Assembly (NCBI GenBank): GCA_965637545.1
Contig: OZ281497.1
Span: forward strand, 19,902,001-19,966,000
DNA length: 64,000 nucleotides
DNA from: Phallusia mammillata
Lineage: Eukaryota
Direction of reading: 5' to 3'
Part shown: piece by piece, positions 21,489 through 40,048 of the stretch
How positions within the stretch are numbered: position 1 is the stretch's first letter
Layout of the letters: each line of letters begins with the position of its first letter
Made by a program: the position numbers and the translations under genes
The notes under the pieces: model-generated
Seen by the model: the letters and a program-made list of their open reading frames with translations, nothing else
The model's database searches: none
What the model was told of the DNA's origin: nothing

Positions 21489-22356
21489 ATGCTTATCGAG
21501 GAAAACAGCGCCTACAGAAGGTATAGATAATTTGACAATGTTCATTTCAAAAGTTTGATGGGGCTTAATCTTAACATATTACTTTCTAGATATACCAGAG
21601 TTTGGCATGTTTTGGCAGCCATTGCAACATTGCTAATAGGGTACAATTTCACACAAAATGAGAGTCAAACAACCACAAATGGTGTATTTGGAGCTAGTTT
21701 CTATAGCACCTTGACATTTCTCATAGGATGGGCTTTCAACTTTGGAGTTACAATATGGGTTTCATTTATAGCAGGTATGTAAAAACTAATGTCTACTGGT
21801 GTTTACCAAATTTTTCATGTATTTTCTTCATAAAGGCCCAATGATGTACAAGCTATTGGATAGGCACACATTTAGCAATGTGCAAGGTCACCTATTTCCA
21901 ATTTTCTTTGTAATACTTGGATGTACATCATTCGCTCAGCTTGCTATCTTTACCAAAGTGAAAGGATTGTCAAATTTGAGCAATTCAGATTATATGGCAG
22001 TAAGTAGATATTTTTGCTGCTTTTTTACAGTGTATTGAATCACTTTTTGGTTGTAGGTAGCAGGAATGTTGGCAAGTTTTCTAGCTGGACTACTTAATAG
22101 CATATACTTGTCACCAATGATGAACAAAACCCTAACCAAGCGTATCAACATGGAAAAAGAAGAGGGAGTTGTAGCTCCAAACATTGGATCAAAGTTGGGT
22201 GAAAACCCAATGTACAAGCAACTTTCAAGGCAGTTTGGAAAACTCCATGGAGTTTCCACACTTCTGAACTTACTTGGTTTGGCTGGAAATACATATTTGG
22301 CATACTATATATCTTTGGAACTGCTGCACGGATCATGGGCAATGAATAAAGCGTAA
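21489..22356 (+). CDS. TMEM205: Transmembrane protein 205 (DUF4149 family)
   Basis: Four exons encode ..GVTIWVSFIAGPMMYKLLDRHTFSNVQGHLFPIFF..SRQFGKLHGVSTLLNL, matching the recalled TMEM205 motifs LPRHTFGLVQSKLFP and FFRYHGLSSLCNL. Start codon is tentative. Confidence 0.85.
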
Positions 22357-22605
22357 AGTAATGCCCACTGTGAACAATGGATGTCATCTTCAATAATGTG
22401 GATAACTGCTATTAATTGCGGTTCCTTAAAATGTATTGGGTAACTAATAACAATAAAGTCTTTACCCCGTTTTGTGCTTATGGGTTATATCCAATAATGG
22501 TGGTGTGGTTACATGACTGGCATGTTTTTTTTTATTGTTTGTGTAAATATACATTTAATTTTTTTCGTTTTGAACAAAATGTTAATAATGTACAACAATA
22601 CAATA

Positions 22606-23829
22606 CTACATTAGAGAGACTGTTCCATTTTCAATTAGTGCTTCAATAGGTTTATAGCGCATTAAATGCTGGGCACCACATTCTAAATCCACTTTATCAG
22701 CTCCATGATCCTCTGTTTCTGCATCAATAATTACACCTTCCTCATCTTTGTTTACTTTTAAAAATACATAGTGATCCAAGTCTGGACTAGGTACTGCAAA
22801 AAAAAGATATGATTATTTCCATTTTCGAGACTATATAGCAAAAAGTATGTCTCATACCTATTTCAGGAAGATCCAAGTTCTGTAAGTTTCTGGGCATGTG
22901 CTTGACAACAACCATTTTTAGGTGAGTTTCCAAGTTACCAGCAACTCTTGGTTGATTATAAAGTAGTTTATGTTGAAAATGACTTTGATAACTTATTGAA
23001 AACACTTTTGAATAGAGAGAATTATATTAAATCACTTACTCTTTTGCAAAAGCAAATTCTTCAGGTGAAAGTCGAGAGGGCTCAATATCATTTTTTGATT
23101 TTTCCCTTTCCAATAACACTGGAGCATGTTTCTCAATCTTTTCCAGTCGACATCTCAGGTAGCTACTCAACACATACCTTATTCTGTCTAGTTCCAATCG
23201 ATGGAGGCTTACCTGAATTGGGCATTCACAATAAATGTTATTGACAAAACACTTTTGATAGCCAATATTTTGCACACTTTTAAGTCTCCTTTCTTGGCTC
23301 TATTGATATTGTCTTCCATCTCTTGCATTTGTTCTAGAATGCATTCTACTATCTCAGATTTGCATTCCATTAGGTTTGGAGACAATTTTTCATTCATCCA
23401 GGCCTAAAATACAAGGTTGAAGAGATGCTATAATTGTTTCTGAAGCATTGTTCAAAGTTGTTGTTTTCTTAACCTGTACATATGTTTTGTACATGTTGAA
23501 CAAATTATTGTTACAAATATGCATAGCAAATGTAGTTCATGCCCAGGTTTTTTTAAGGTTTGGTTTGGGTGACCGCTAAATAGTTTTAAGAGACCGCAAG
23601 TGTTTCATTTAAATACCAAAAAATAGCCATATTTGCTTAAATAGCCATTTTGGGAAACCGCTGGAGAAATACCGAAACGGTCCCCCAAAACACCTTAAAA
23701 AAACACTGTTCATGCCTATTAATAGATCTACTTTACCTCTTCCAACTTTTCTAATACCTGGGCGGCGGTAAATTGTTCATCTCCACTGTCTTCTTCAGTA
23801 AGCTCGCTTACATTGAGAAAATCATCCAT
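22606..23829 (-). CDS. GINS4: DNA replication complex GINS subunit SLD5
   Basis: MDDFLNVSELTEEDSGDEQFTAAQVLEKLEE|AWMNEKLSPNLMECKSEIVECILEQ..HRLELDRIRYVLSSYLRCRLEKIEK..SRLSPEEFAFAKE..GAQHLMRYKPIEALIENGTVSLM*. Confidence 0.95.
23544..23708. mobile_element. hAT-type MITE in GINS4 intron 1
   Basis: TIRs CAGGTTTTTTTAAGG / CCTTAAAAAAACACTG; perfect TSD TTCATGCC. Confidence 0.85.
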
Positions 23830-25092
23830 TTGAAAAGTTTGCAGGAAGTATTATAATGTGTTTACCTACATTGTCATGTTTATACCAGCCCAGGCAGTTT
23901 ACAATCACATCAAAACACCTAACAAGATATGTATTTAGTTACACATTATACACACCAGACATATTTATGTCAGTTAACCAAGAATTACAATTTACAAACA
24001 ACAACTGCATTGATTTGGCTGTTTTGCAGCTACATTCATCATGTTTAAATAGTCAAACTATTATAAGTATTTATTTAAAAAAAATGGTGTTTATAGCTTG
24101 CATGGAATGATTTTGAATGAATAAATACAAATACAGTTTAAATTCCAAAAACTAGTCCTTCCAAATTAATGCAAATACAGTACCAAACACCATTTTATCT
24201 GCCTACAAAACATAATGCATTAGATATGTGAGGACTACTAAATTAAAAACAACGTATTAAATTGCAATCCAAACAATCTTAAAGCATTTTAATCTAGGTT
24301 GCATGATTGTAATTTGTAAGCCTGCAGGCTTACAGCGTTCACAATAATCTTCAAATAAATTAATAAAAATCTGCCCATATACACAACAATGTTCGGCTGC
24401 TAAAGTGCAAATGCTAAATATTTGTTTACTAACCCTACGAATAGAAAGTTGGGTCGAACCCAGAACAACAAAACCCACATGTCGATGTTTGAAGTTGGAC
24501 AAAAGAAACACAATTAGCATTTTACCGCCAAAACTTATGTCCCAAAACCGCAATGTTTTTTATTTCCAAAACTGGTGTTTCAAAAATGAACTCACCCAAA
24601 ACGTTACCATAATTTGTACTATAAATGCTTTTAGCCTATAAATATATTTTAATGGCTTTTTTTTGTTTTTTTTAGATAAATAATATGATAAAAATAAATT
24701 TATTTAAGCTGTCTATGTGCATTTGCTTGTATGTCATGCTCGAATAAGTATGTGGTTAACGACGCGTGAAAAGCTGCATGCCAAAGTTCAAAATAAAACT
24801 GCATGCATGAAACCAGTGTCATTCTGGCAGAATAATTTCCCCTAAACACAAAAATTTGACCACAAAATTTCAGGTACCATATCAAATGAAACATTAATGT
24901 AAAACACAATTAAAAACGAAAAAATAAATGGAAAAATGACATGATAAAGAGCATTTGAATGTGATCACGCGTCAAAGAATATAAATACTCAAAATAAAAT
25001 AGAACCATGCAAAATCTTGTGCGTCCATTGTGACATTTTTTCGAATTTTATTGTCATAATAGAAATCATAGCTTTCAGTGTCAAAACACACA

Positions 25093-25783
25093 AATTAGCC
25101 GTGAAAAACCTTAATTTTGAAACTGTTCCGGAGGGGGGCTTTTAACCAGCTGGATACCATGTTGTAGCCCAGAGCTTACTCTTTTCTATCCCGTTGCCGT
25201 TACGAGACACTCTTTGCGCATTTTTTCAGCAGAACGCTTTACGCGAGAGACCTTTTTCAATTTTTCAAATATCTGTTTAATTTTTCCAATGCGAATAAAT
25301 TAGCCGTAAACAACCTCAATTTTGAAACTGTTCCGGAGGGGGGGGCTTTTAACCAGCTGGATACCATGTTGTAGCCCAGAGCTTACTCTTTTCTATCCCG
25401 TTGCCGTTACGAGACACCCTTTGCGCATTTTTACAGCAGAACGCTTTACGCGAGAGACCTTTTTCAAATTTTCAAACATCTGTTTAATTTTTCCAATGCG
25501 AATAAATTAGCCGTAAACAACCTCAATTTTGAAACTGTTCCGGAGGGGGGCTTTTAACCAGCTGGATACCATGTTGTAGCCCAGAGCTTACTCTTTTCTA
25601 TCCCGTTGCCGTTACGAGACACTCTTTGCGCATTTTTACAGCAGAACGCTTTACGCGAGAGACTTTTTTCAATTTTTCAAACATCTGTTTAATTTTTCCA
25701 ATGCGAATAAATTAGCCGTAAACAACCTCAATTTTGAAACTGTTCCGGAGGGGGGCTTTTAACCAGCAAGATACCATGTTGTA
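25093..25783. repeat. About 206-bp tandem repeat x3.3
   Basis: AATTAGCCG unit starts at 25093, 25298, 25505 and 25710. Units are nearly identical and vary mainly in a G-run length. Confidence 0.95.
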
Positions 25784-25818
25784 TTATCAACATGCGAAAT
25801 TTTAGTTTGTTTGAATAT

Positions 25819-26215
25819 TCAAAAATGAGAAGCGAACATCTTAAATGATCGAAGGGCATGGCCGCCCTCTAACATAACGAGTTCGCACTACAGAAACGGG
25901 AAAGACCTACCGGCGCTAAATAACGAACGGTTAGCACATATTCAACCAGTTTTTGCAGACCAACTCGAAATTGCATCCATTACCAGCGTGCAAAGTTATA
26001 GTTCATTCCAATTAGCCAATCAAAAATGAGAAGCGAACATCTTAAATGATCGAAAGGCATGACCGCCCGACAACATGACGCATTCGAACCATGGAAACAG
26101 GCAAGGTCTACCAGCGATAAAAAACGAACGGTTAGCACATATATAACCAGTTTTTGCAGACCAACTCGAAATTTCATCCATTACCAACGTGCAATGTTAT
26201 AGTTCATTCCAATTG
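25819..26215. repeat. About 200-bp tandem repeat x2
   Basis: TCAAAAATGAGAAGCGAACATCTTAAATGATCGAA at about 25819 and about 26020, with matching downstream sequence. Confidence 0.9.
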
Positions 26216-26569
26216 GACGCACAATATTTTGCATGGTTCTATTTTATTTGAGTATTTATATTCTTTGACGCGTGATCACATTCAAATGCTCTTTATCATG
26301 TCATTTTTCCATTGATTTTTTCGTTTTTTAATTGTGTTTTACATTAATGTTTCATTTGATATGGTACCTGAAATTTTGTGGTAAAATGTTTGTGTTTAGG
26401 GGAAATTATTCTGCCAGAATGACACTGGTTGCGTGAATGGGATATTGTTATTAACTGGTTTTTAACTCGTTATAATTAATGTTCTTTGTTTGGGTTTCTA
26501 TTCTATTTTCAAATAATTAATCAAATCAGCTCTTTTGTTTATTTTTAAAAGTTTGGCAAGTCTAAAAGA

Positions 26570-29500
26570 ATGACATCTGAATTAGCTTTGTATGAGCCTG
26601 AGCTCAATGAGTTGGTAAAAGAATATTTAACATTTGCTGGTCTCGACAAAACTGTGTACTCCCTTCACCTTGAATGTAATGAAAAGGGAAAACCTATTCA
26701 ACAAGGTAGCAAATTGTCTAGTGATGGCTCAAAGCTAACTGCTCAGGTTTGTTTGTTTACATAATAACTATGATATATGTTTGTTTTTTTACATGTACTT
26801 GTTTAGTACATTGCCAGTGTTATTTGAGCATTTAACATTCTAAGTTCAAAGAAAAATTGGATATTGCAGTGAAATTCCAGTTTTTGCCATATTTTATATT
26901 ATGCTAAATTTAGCATAATCTTTTATGTTTAGAACAATATTTTATTGGAGTTTGATAGCGGCAACTATTCAAGTTTCTGGAGTCTGTGGGAAGAAAATGT
27001 ACCTGGTGATATTCGGTCACAAGATCATACTTGTCAGAGACTTGAATTTTACATTCAAATCCATTTTGCAGTTTATCCAATTAGAGTTGGGTCAACACAG
27101 GTAAAAATCCTTCTTAATTGCTTTGAAAAACAGGTTTACAAATAAATGAAGTCAGCTCACCACCAGGTTAATTGAGAGTGCTTCAATATTTTAAACTATA
27201 TGTCCCCAAGGTTTATAGAAAGTCAGTATCCACAACAGTGCATAATTTAAATCAAATGTGCTTTTAGTGCACCAATGCAAATCATTTGTATGATGCGTTT
27301 CTAACAAACTTGTTTTTCTGTCGCAGAGTGCATCAAACCTTGAAAATGCGATGACAAACTTTAAGAAATATTTAGAAACAAAAGGTAAACAACTGATGTC
27401 AATTGTATGGATAAACTGCATGTAACACCTGTTTTATTTGTGTCTTCAGGCTCGGAACTAAGCCAAACTACTGAATTTCTACCTTTCTACGCTCTACCAT
27501 TTGTACCCAACCCCGTCCAACATCCTTCATTCAAGGAAATATTTTCGGTATAGTATGCAATATATATTTTATTTAATGCACATTTCTTAACAAGTATTAA
27601 TTTGTGTGCAGACATACTGGGTACCAGATCTTCGATCAAGAGTTGACAGGTTTTTGAGTGCAGCATTAAGTGCAACTGAACCACCTCTGCTCATCACTTT
27701 TTTGGTGTGTGAACTACATAGTTTATCAACACAATTTAAACAAGATTCTATGTACAATTACCTTTGATTACAATATTAAAATCAGTTTTAAAGACAAAAA
27801 ACTTGACGCTCAATATTTGAACTTAAAAATTCTGTATATTGTTGACTTGAGGTTTAGACAAGTACCATATATATGTTTTTATTCAATTTTGTATTTAAAA
27901 GAAAAATCGAGGACGCTTGTCAGTGGCAGAGGAGGCATCAGAACAAGCTACAAAATCCTTGCAACAGCATCTCATACAAGCTGAAAAACGTTGTAGTGCA
28001 TACATGAAGAGATTCAACAAACTTCAGGTAATGAATGGTAAATGACCCATCAGCCAGACCTGAGTTTTTATGTACGCTTCATGTCACACTCACAATATTT
28101 CCTAATAAAGTTTTGTAGAGGAATGATTTACATTTAAAATATTTTTGCAAGAAAAGTTGTACCTATAAACTGGATTCACAGTGTGGTACAGTATATTCAT
28201 ACATACCAATGTAATTTTTTTGCAGGCTGATTATCACACTCTCATCAGTATAACAGCTGAGCTGGTGGACTCCCTGGAGCAGACAGTTCATGGTCGAATG
28301 GTCACTGCTGAATATTTGCAGCGCGTTTGTGCCCGCCTATTCAGTGGCAGAGCAGTGGGTACCAGCATCAGTACAACAAGCATTGATTTCACAAGACCTG
28401 GAACAGCCTCATCAATGTTAAGAGCATCAATTGTACAAGAAAGGTAAGCTTTGTAAATAAAACAGCCAACTGATGTGGCCCTTCATGTCACTTATGATGG
28501 CATGAGCATTTGTTGATATGTTTAAACAATAAAGCATGTTGCTTTTTACATCTACTTTGGCCGTTATTTTCATCAATAAACAAGAACAGAACAGTATATA
28601 GTGTTCCATAACAGCAAATTTTGTTTAATTGAAATTACACAACATATTTTTTTAACTTTGTCTTGTGATAGCACTGCTTTTGAAAAAGATGACACACCCC
28701 TGTTGCCATCTTTGGACTACAACAAAATTAAACTTCATTTGAGAGAAGGATCAAATCGCACCAAATCACTACTTTTGCAAGCGCTAAGGTGGAGACTAAC
28801 CAGGTTGGTGATATGCCATGGCCAGGAACTATCATAGATTATAGCTATTAAACATACTTTATGATTCAAGCCTTAATGCTGTTTACAATTTATTTCGCAG
28901 ATCATCACCTGGTGATCAGAGGGACACTGTGTTAATGGCATTTATTGACAATGACCTGTTTAACTGTCGATCCAACTTTCCTTCCATGGGTGGAAATGCT
29001 TTTCAAATGATCAGTCTGTTCGAAGCTGATGATGTTGCCATCAGACAATATGTGGCGAGGCTGTATAATGCAATGGCATCACTACAACAAGGTAATTGGT
29101 TGGTTAATTGTAGTATTTGTTATTTAGGTCAACGGAAATGTCAAAACTGTAGGTGTTTAGTAAGTTGCTTTAAAACTAAATTGTTTTTGACATTGATATT
29201 CAACATGGTGTTTTTGTTACACAAAACTGTAAGTAAAAGGTAAGAGTGTTTTACAGAGGTTACATCATCACATATGGTACAATAGCTGTTTGTTGGCAAA
29301 AAACATTACTTTAAAACAGTTTCTTTTCAATAGAAAAATAGCAACTCTTAATGCCAAGTTCAAGGGTATTTGACCGAGATCAACTTATCCTTGACCACAA
29401 TTACATGTTTTCTATATCTTTGTTATACAGCAAACAAATCCTAACTTTGCTGATGTTTGTAGGCAGGGCATACTTATGCATGAAACCTGACGATGTAGGA

Positions 29501-32500
29501 AAACTGCAAAAGTTTTTGTGGAGAAATCGTGGAATTGCCAGTGATCGAAATGCAATTGACCATGTGTTTGAAGAACATCTCCTTGGCTGTTTGCAGAAAC
29601 TCAGTTTGAGAAGACAATTGCAAACTGTGATGATTAAAGGTTTGTTATATTGAATGTTTTTAGTCATTTAGAACAGTGGTTCTCAACCGCCGGTCCACGG
29701 ACCGGTGCCGGTCCGCGTCAACTTTTCTGCCGGTCCGCCAAATATATTACAATTTTTTATCTCAATTGCAAAATGCAAGATGTTGAAAGCTTGTCCATTA
29801 ATTAAACAATAAAACATCCAATTTTAAGCTGATTTAGAATATTCACGTTCCCTAACTTGCAGCATGTCGTACGTCACAATGCGGTAAGGGTGGTGCCAAA
29901 TGAAAAAGTGCAAAGGACAGCAGCAAACTTCTCATTACGTTGAATTTTTATATTTCTTTAAAATTGCATATTTTTATCGTTATTACATGTTGGGTTGATT
30001 TTGAAAGTCCACCGGTCCGCAAAATTTGTTTTTAAAGTTTACCGGTCCGCAAACTTTAAAGGTTGAGAACCACTGATTTAGAAGTAAAATGTTTATGTTG
30101 TATAACATTCAACTGTTTTCAAGCTATACTAAAAGACTACCTCAACCAAGTTAACCATTCATTACCAAATCCAAGTTAACAATATTTTACCAAATCTGCA
30201 TGCCATTTATTACAAGTTTTTACCCAAAAAATAGCTACCTAAATTGTTGATTTGTATGTTGGGTTTGTTTAAGGCGATCTTATCAGATGGCTGACCACTA
30301 TTCTAGCCGAACAGGAATCACTTTCAGATTATATGCTGGAGTATGCTGTTGCCTTGTTAATGAATTTGTGCCTCAGAAGCTCAGGAAAACTTAAGTGTGG
30401 TGAAGATGCTGGAAAGGTCCTTAAGGTAAAATGGAAACTTTATACCGTGTATTCTTTATGTCTTTTAACCTTGTTTTGTTCTATGACAGGTGTTAAGCAG
30501 TTTGCTAGCCCATGAAAATCTTGAAATCCGGCCTTATGTCAATGGTGCTTTGTACAGTGTCCTCAGCAATCCAGTTGTGAGAAATGAAGCTGTCGGCATG
30601 GGTTTGGAATCTGTGCTGAGGTAATCCTTTGTCCTCAAAAATTAATTCATAAAAAAGGTTGCTACGAAATCTTAAAAATAATCAACAAATTTGTAGCTCT
30701 TTTAGCAGTATTTATTTTAATACGCCGACATTTCGATGTCTCTTGCGAGACACCTTCATCAGGGTAATGACAAAAATTGAAAACACAAAGTTATAAAGCG
30801 AAAAGGGCAATGAAACACACAAAAAAGCGGTGGTAAAAAACACAGTACACATCAATGGTCGAGTGATAACACCTAAATTTGTACATGCCTGGCAGCAATT
30901 AATGTTCAACTTTTTCAATTACCTGTGTTGTGTAGGGATTTTATGGATGGAGAACAAGAAGAATTTAGAAGACAGCTGGATTTCATTATCAAACAACTCA
31001 ACAAGCCTGAGGATGAGAGTGATGTTTTGAATGAGTCTGATGATGAGGGAGATGAGGATGATGATGAAGTGAGCAATTATATTCTGTATTACCTTATGGC
31101 AAACATATATGAATATAAATCTTTATGGTTTTAGGACCAGGATGCAATGGAGGCTGACTTGGACAAAGATGAAGTTATTGTTCCCCGTCCCAACGAAGTT
31201 ACTGGTGAACAACTTCTGTGTTCAGAATATCTTGGAATTCTAACCAACACAAGGCAGCACCATCAGGTAGCTTAAGAATTTATGATCTTTAGACTTAAAA
31301 GGTTCCAGAAAACATCAACTTTACAACTCTATTATTACCAGTAATAGCAACACACACTAGTATAGTGGTTCTCAACCTGTTTGCCTTTGTGTAGCCATAC
31401 TATAATCTAATTGCGGACCCCTGTAAGTTTTAGGTATTTTTTCATTAACAAGCAACCAAAACATGGTGCATAAAATAGCAACCTCGTTCAGTCTAGGATC
31501 AAAATTTCAAACCCTTTGTTTGGGTTGCAATGTCAGGAATCAACAAGAAAAAAATCAACACTGCACTAGTATGATGGAAATCCATTTGTTGTGTAACGTT
31601 TGTTTTTACATTTACAAAAATCCAAACAACCTATGTTCCATATCCTACTCACAACTCTGTACCAAATTAACACAAAAACGTTACTTTCATAACAGGCACC
31701 AACAAACAGGGGTTTAGATTCACTGGTAGTTGACTCAAGTATTCCACTTCGACCAACAACACCTGGCCATCAGCGTCTCTCAGCTTCATATCAACAGAAT
31801 TTAAGCATCAATCTCAACTCATTGGATTTGTCAAATTCACTTCTCCACTCCTCAACTAATACAGTAAGCATTGCTTTTTGCTGTATTCAGAGACACATTA
31901 CATTTTTGGGATAATTTGTATCATTGAATCCAGGGCATAAGGAACAAGAAACTAACTACTTTGTTGCTGCTAAAATGTGATCTATGAACAATGAATTTAA
32001 CTTATGGTTGCTTTAAAAAAATTACTATGGGTTATATGTGGGGATGAGCATTGATAAAATCAGGTTCTGCATGGCTGCTAAAAAATGGTGTTTTAAACCC
32101 AATTGTATGGAGTCCCAACATATTTCCCCTGTCCCATAGTTTTTGTCTCCCAAGAAAGTTTTGTTCTGGCTATGCCACTAGATACAAAGTATTTCAACAA
32201 ATGAAAATAAATATATTTAACAGCTGACGAGCAGCGCCCAGTGGCAGGGATCTCGAGTACCCAGCGTTTCCGGTTCAAGGCCGAACACAGGTTCAAAGAT
32301 GTTACTGCAATCTAGAGAAAACACCTTGCGTTTGTCTCAAGTCGGTAGCGCATCGCGAAACGGGTAAGTCAGCGAAGGTTTTCTTTTCCAATGCTCTTTG
32401 GATTAAATGTATATTCGTTTTTGTGTCTGTTAGTCGCGATTCTGCAAGATTAAAATCGGGGTTGAAAACTGACGGAACTTCTACTCTGCACTCATCCAAT

Positions 32501-33205
32501 GACGATGGCCAAGAATCGCCACGCAGTGCAGTTTCTGGCAAAAAAACTCTAGCACCCCAGTAAGTGGAATTTGTTTTTCCCCCTGTCAGATCATAATGTT
32601 ACCTAACAAAAGGTAAAAAAAGGTTTAAGAATAATGATGGGCTGTCGTTCAGGCCAAGGCATTGCCGTTTTTAACATCGCTGTCGGACAACATTTTGTTT
32701 TTAATAAAAAATGTGTTCAATAACCGTTAACATAACGCACCTAGCACCAAAACATAATTGCAGTAAATATATACATCCGTTTCGAGCGAAAATTATATGT
32801 GTAATGTTGCCCACAGAAAAACTGAAAATGGAACCGTAACTCAGCCTTATCATATACAATTTGGGTATTCGAAATTGTTTGCCACATAAAGCTAAACGTA
32901 AATAATGAATATATTCATGGCCATTGGTACATTTTCACTCAATTGGTGAAGATAACACCAGCTAAATAATCTCTATACCCATACACAGGGTCGTTGAATA
33001 CAAATCGGCTTTTCAAAGTCGACCACGAATCACCAGAACCCCGGAGCCACGTAGCCTAACATCAAGTAGAAACTCAACCACAATCAATCCTACCTACTCC
33101 ACTGGAGAACCTACATCACGTCCAACATCAGGGAGGTCATGGAAAGGGTCAAAGGGCAGCTCAGGGTCAGGCGGTGAAAGTCTTGGCAGAAAGTCGCCGT
33201 ATTAG
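26570..33205 (+). CDS. ARMC9: LisH domain-containing armadillo-repeat protein ARMC9
   Basis: [28 protein letters not shown] (LisH)..[112 protein letters not shown]. About 20 exons. Confidence 0.95.
29674..30075. mobile_element. hAT-type MITE in ARMC9 intron
   Basis: TIRs CAGTGGTTCTCAACC / GGTTGAGAACCACTG; perfect TSD ATTTAGAA. Confidence 0.92.
30727..30762 (-). ncRNA. Minimal hammerhead-ribozyme-like motif in ARMC9 intron (antisense)
   Basis: Minus strand CUGAUGA-A-GGUGUCUC-GCAA-GAGACAUC-GAAA-UG-UC: 8-bp stem II capped by a GNRA loop. Flanking sequence resembles that around 7550-7582. Confidence 0.6.
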
Positions 33206-34402
33206 CTTACGGTTTACCGGGCTAAATCAATCCACATACCGAGATTGTATTGTACAGTGTTAATAGCTTCGTGAAGCCAATTGAACTCCAAAAAGTCCAA
33301 AATCCTTCTTTTGCTCTTTTTTCGGTGCTGCTTCGAACCTCTTATCGATGCCACATTCTGTAGCCAATCCACTTTTCTATTGTTTGTTTGTTTGTTGCAC
33401 TGTTTATGTGTTGCGTGACATTTCATATGAAACTATCCTTTTTCTTTTAACTGTCTTTTAGAGTATTTTCTTACACCTGCACTGTACGTTTTTATAATAT
33501 GCCCACCACATTTTATTTTTGTTTGTTTGTTTGTTATGTTCGTACTGGGTGGTGTAACCGTAATAGACTTATTTTTTAGCAAATGTGTCAAAATATTTCG
33601 TAGACGGACTGTGAATAATTTGTAGAATTCTACGGCTTTAAGTCAAACGAAAAGAAAAATGCAGACCAACCAGCAAAAATTAAGATTATCGACTAAAAAA
33701 CAAAAAACATTCAAAAAAACTCGAAAAAGAGGTCTGGTTCAAACTAGAGCGAGTGCCCAACCTTGGGGTAAAACCTTCGTCACAACAACGGGAAATTATG
33801 AATAACGAACTGGTCCGAATAGTACAAAGCGCCTGACAATTATTGGGTAGACATAAAAGAAGTCGTCGGGATTGGTATCCCTTGGAAAAAAACACAGGAA
33901 ACATGGAGACACTGGTGGCCGTGAAATAATGAAAAGGACTGAGAAATTCGGCGATTATTACCAAAAAGGGGTACGAAATTTGACTTTTAAACGGTGTTGT
34001 TAAAATCTAAACACTTAATATAAGGAGCGAATGGGAAAAAAAGAATTACACACAGAAGTAAAAAAACAAATTTGTTAACTGAAAACTATTCTCTTCTCAA
34101 ACCACGACAAATTTGGCACTTAATTTAGTGTCCTCTCCCCAAAACTGTTCTGAGAATTCCTTTTGATGTTAACTGAGCTATGCAATCCTCGGAAGAGAGG
34201 TTTGTAAGGTGTACCCTTGGGTTTTAAAAAGTTTTATGTTCCCCTCTCACAAATTAAAGAACAGAACTGCCGACTCATCGGATTAGCCCAGAGTGCGACG
34301 TTTTTCTCGAAGTTGGCGCTGTTTGTCTTTTCGCCTTTTGGTGCGTTTTGCAGACCTAGAAACGTTTGACTATCGCAAGTCGCAACCAATTCAACAGCGA
34401 AA

Positions 34403-39480
<5,078 letters not shown>

Positions 39481-40048
39481 ACTCTTTGTGCCAATGTTTA
39501 TCACTAAAGTGATTGCTGAAGGCAGATCAGTGCCTATGGCTCCATTAGCAATCATGGCAAAGCACTAAAACTGTGCTAAACAAAGGAAGACGTTACCTTG
39601 TAGAGAGGGTTTGAACAGCTTTGACAACTTTACTGGTTGCTGCATTAGCCTTTGAGTTATGTGATGCCTTGTACAATAAATGAAGTTTACAATTGATTGG
39701 GGTATCTGTAGTTTGGAAGTAAAATTGCTAGAGACTTGACCTCTTAAAACTGTGTGGCCACACTACATGTATAAACATTTTATTTGCTAATAAATTAAAG
39801 TAAAATGGCAATACATTTTTACTGGTTAGTAGATATAACCAGATTTAAAAAACTAAACACATTTTCATGCAAGAATACAGCTTTGGTATGCTAAAGGAAA
39901 TTAAGCATTGCAATTTTTAAGGATAATCTATGCTTCAAAACATCAAATATTGGCAAAACCAACTAGGTAAAATATTCTACTGCAGTTTTTCACACAGTTT
40001 TGGAGGTGTTCAGAGAGTGGTAAGATGGCATTCAAGTGACAAAAAACT

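Larger units (their letters stand above)
24811..26430. mobile_element. Foldback/MULE-like non-autonomous element with about 220-bp TIRs and internal tandem arrays
   Basis: 24811 to about 25030 is the near-perfect reverse complement of about 26212-26430. Possible degenerate 9-bp TSD GCATGCATG / GCGTGAATG. No coding capacity seen. Confidence 0.8.

Noticed and set aside
25093-26215. CRISPR-like array
   Set aside because: Units are about 200-bp head-to-tail repeats with no unique spacers, in a eukaryotic context with no cas genes.
31362-31405. Additional complete hAT MITE
   Set aside because: Only one end (TAGTGGTTCTCAACC) is present, with no partner TIR or TSD; at most a fragment.
33680-33970. 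Hidden small gene between ARMC9 and U2SURP
   Set aside because: Open frames on both strands lack a start/splice structure or any recognisable motif.
39675-39794. Overlapping 3' UTRs of U2SURP and the LRR gene
   Set aside because: Overlap depends on U2SURP using the distal AATAAA (39789) rather than the proximal one (39675); cannot be decided from sequence.
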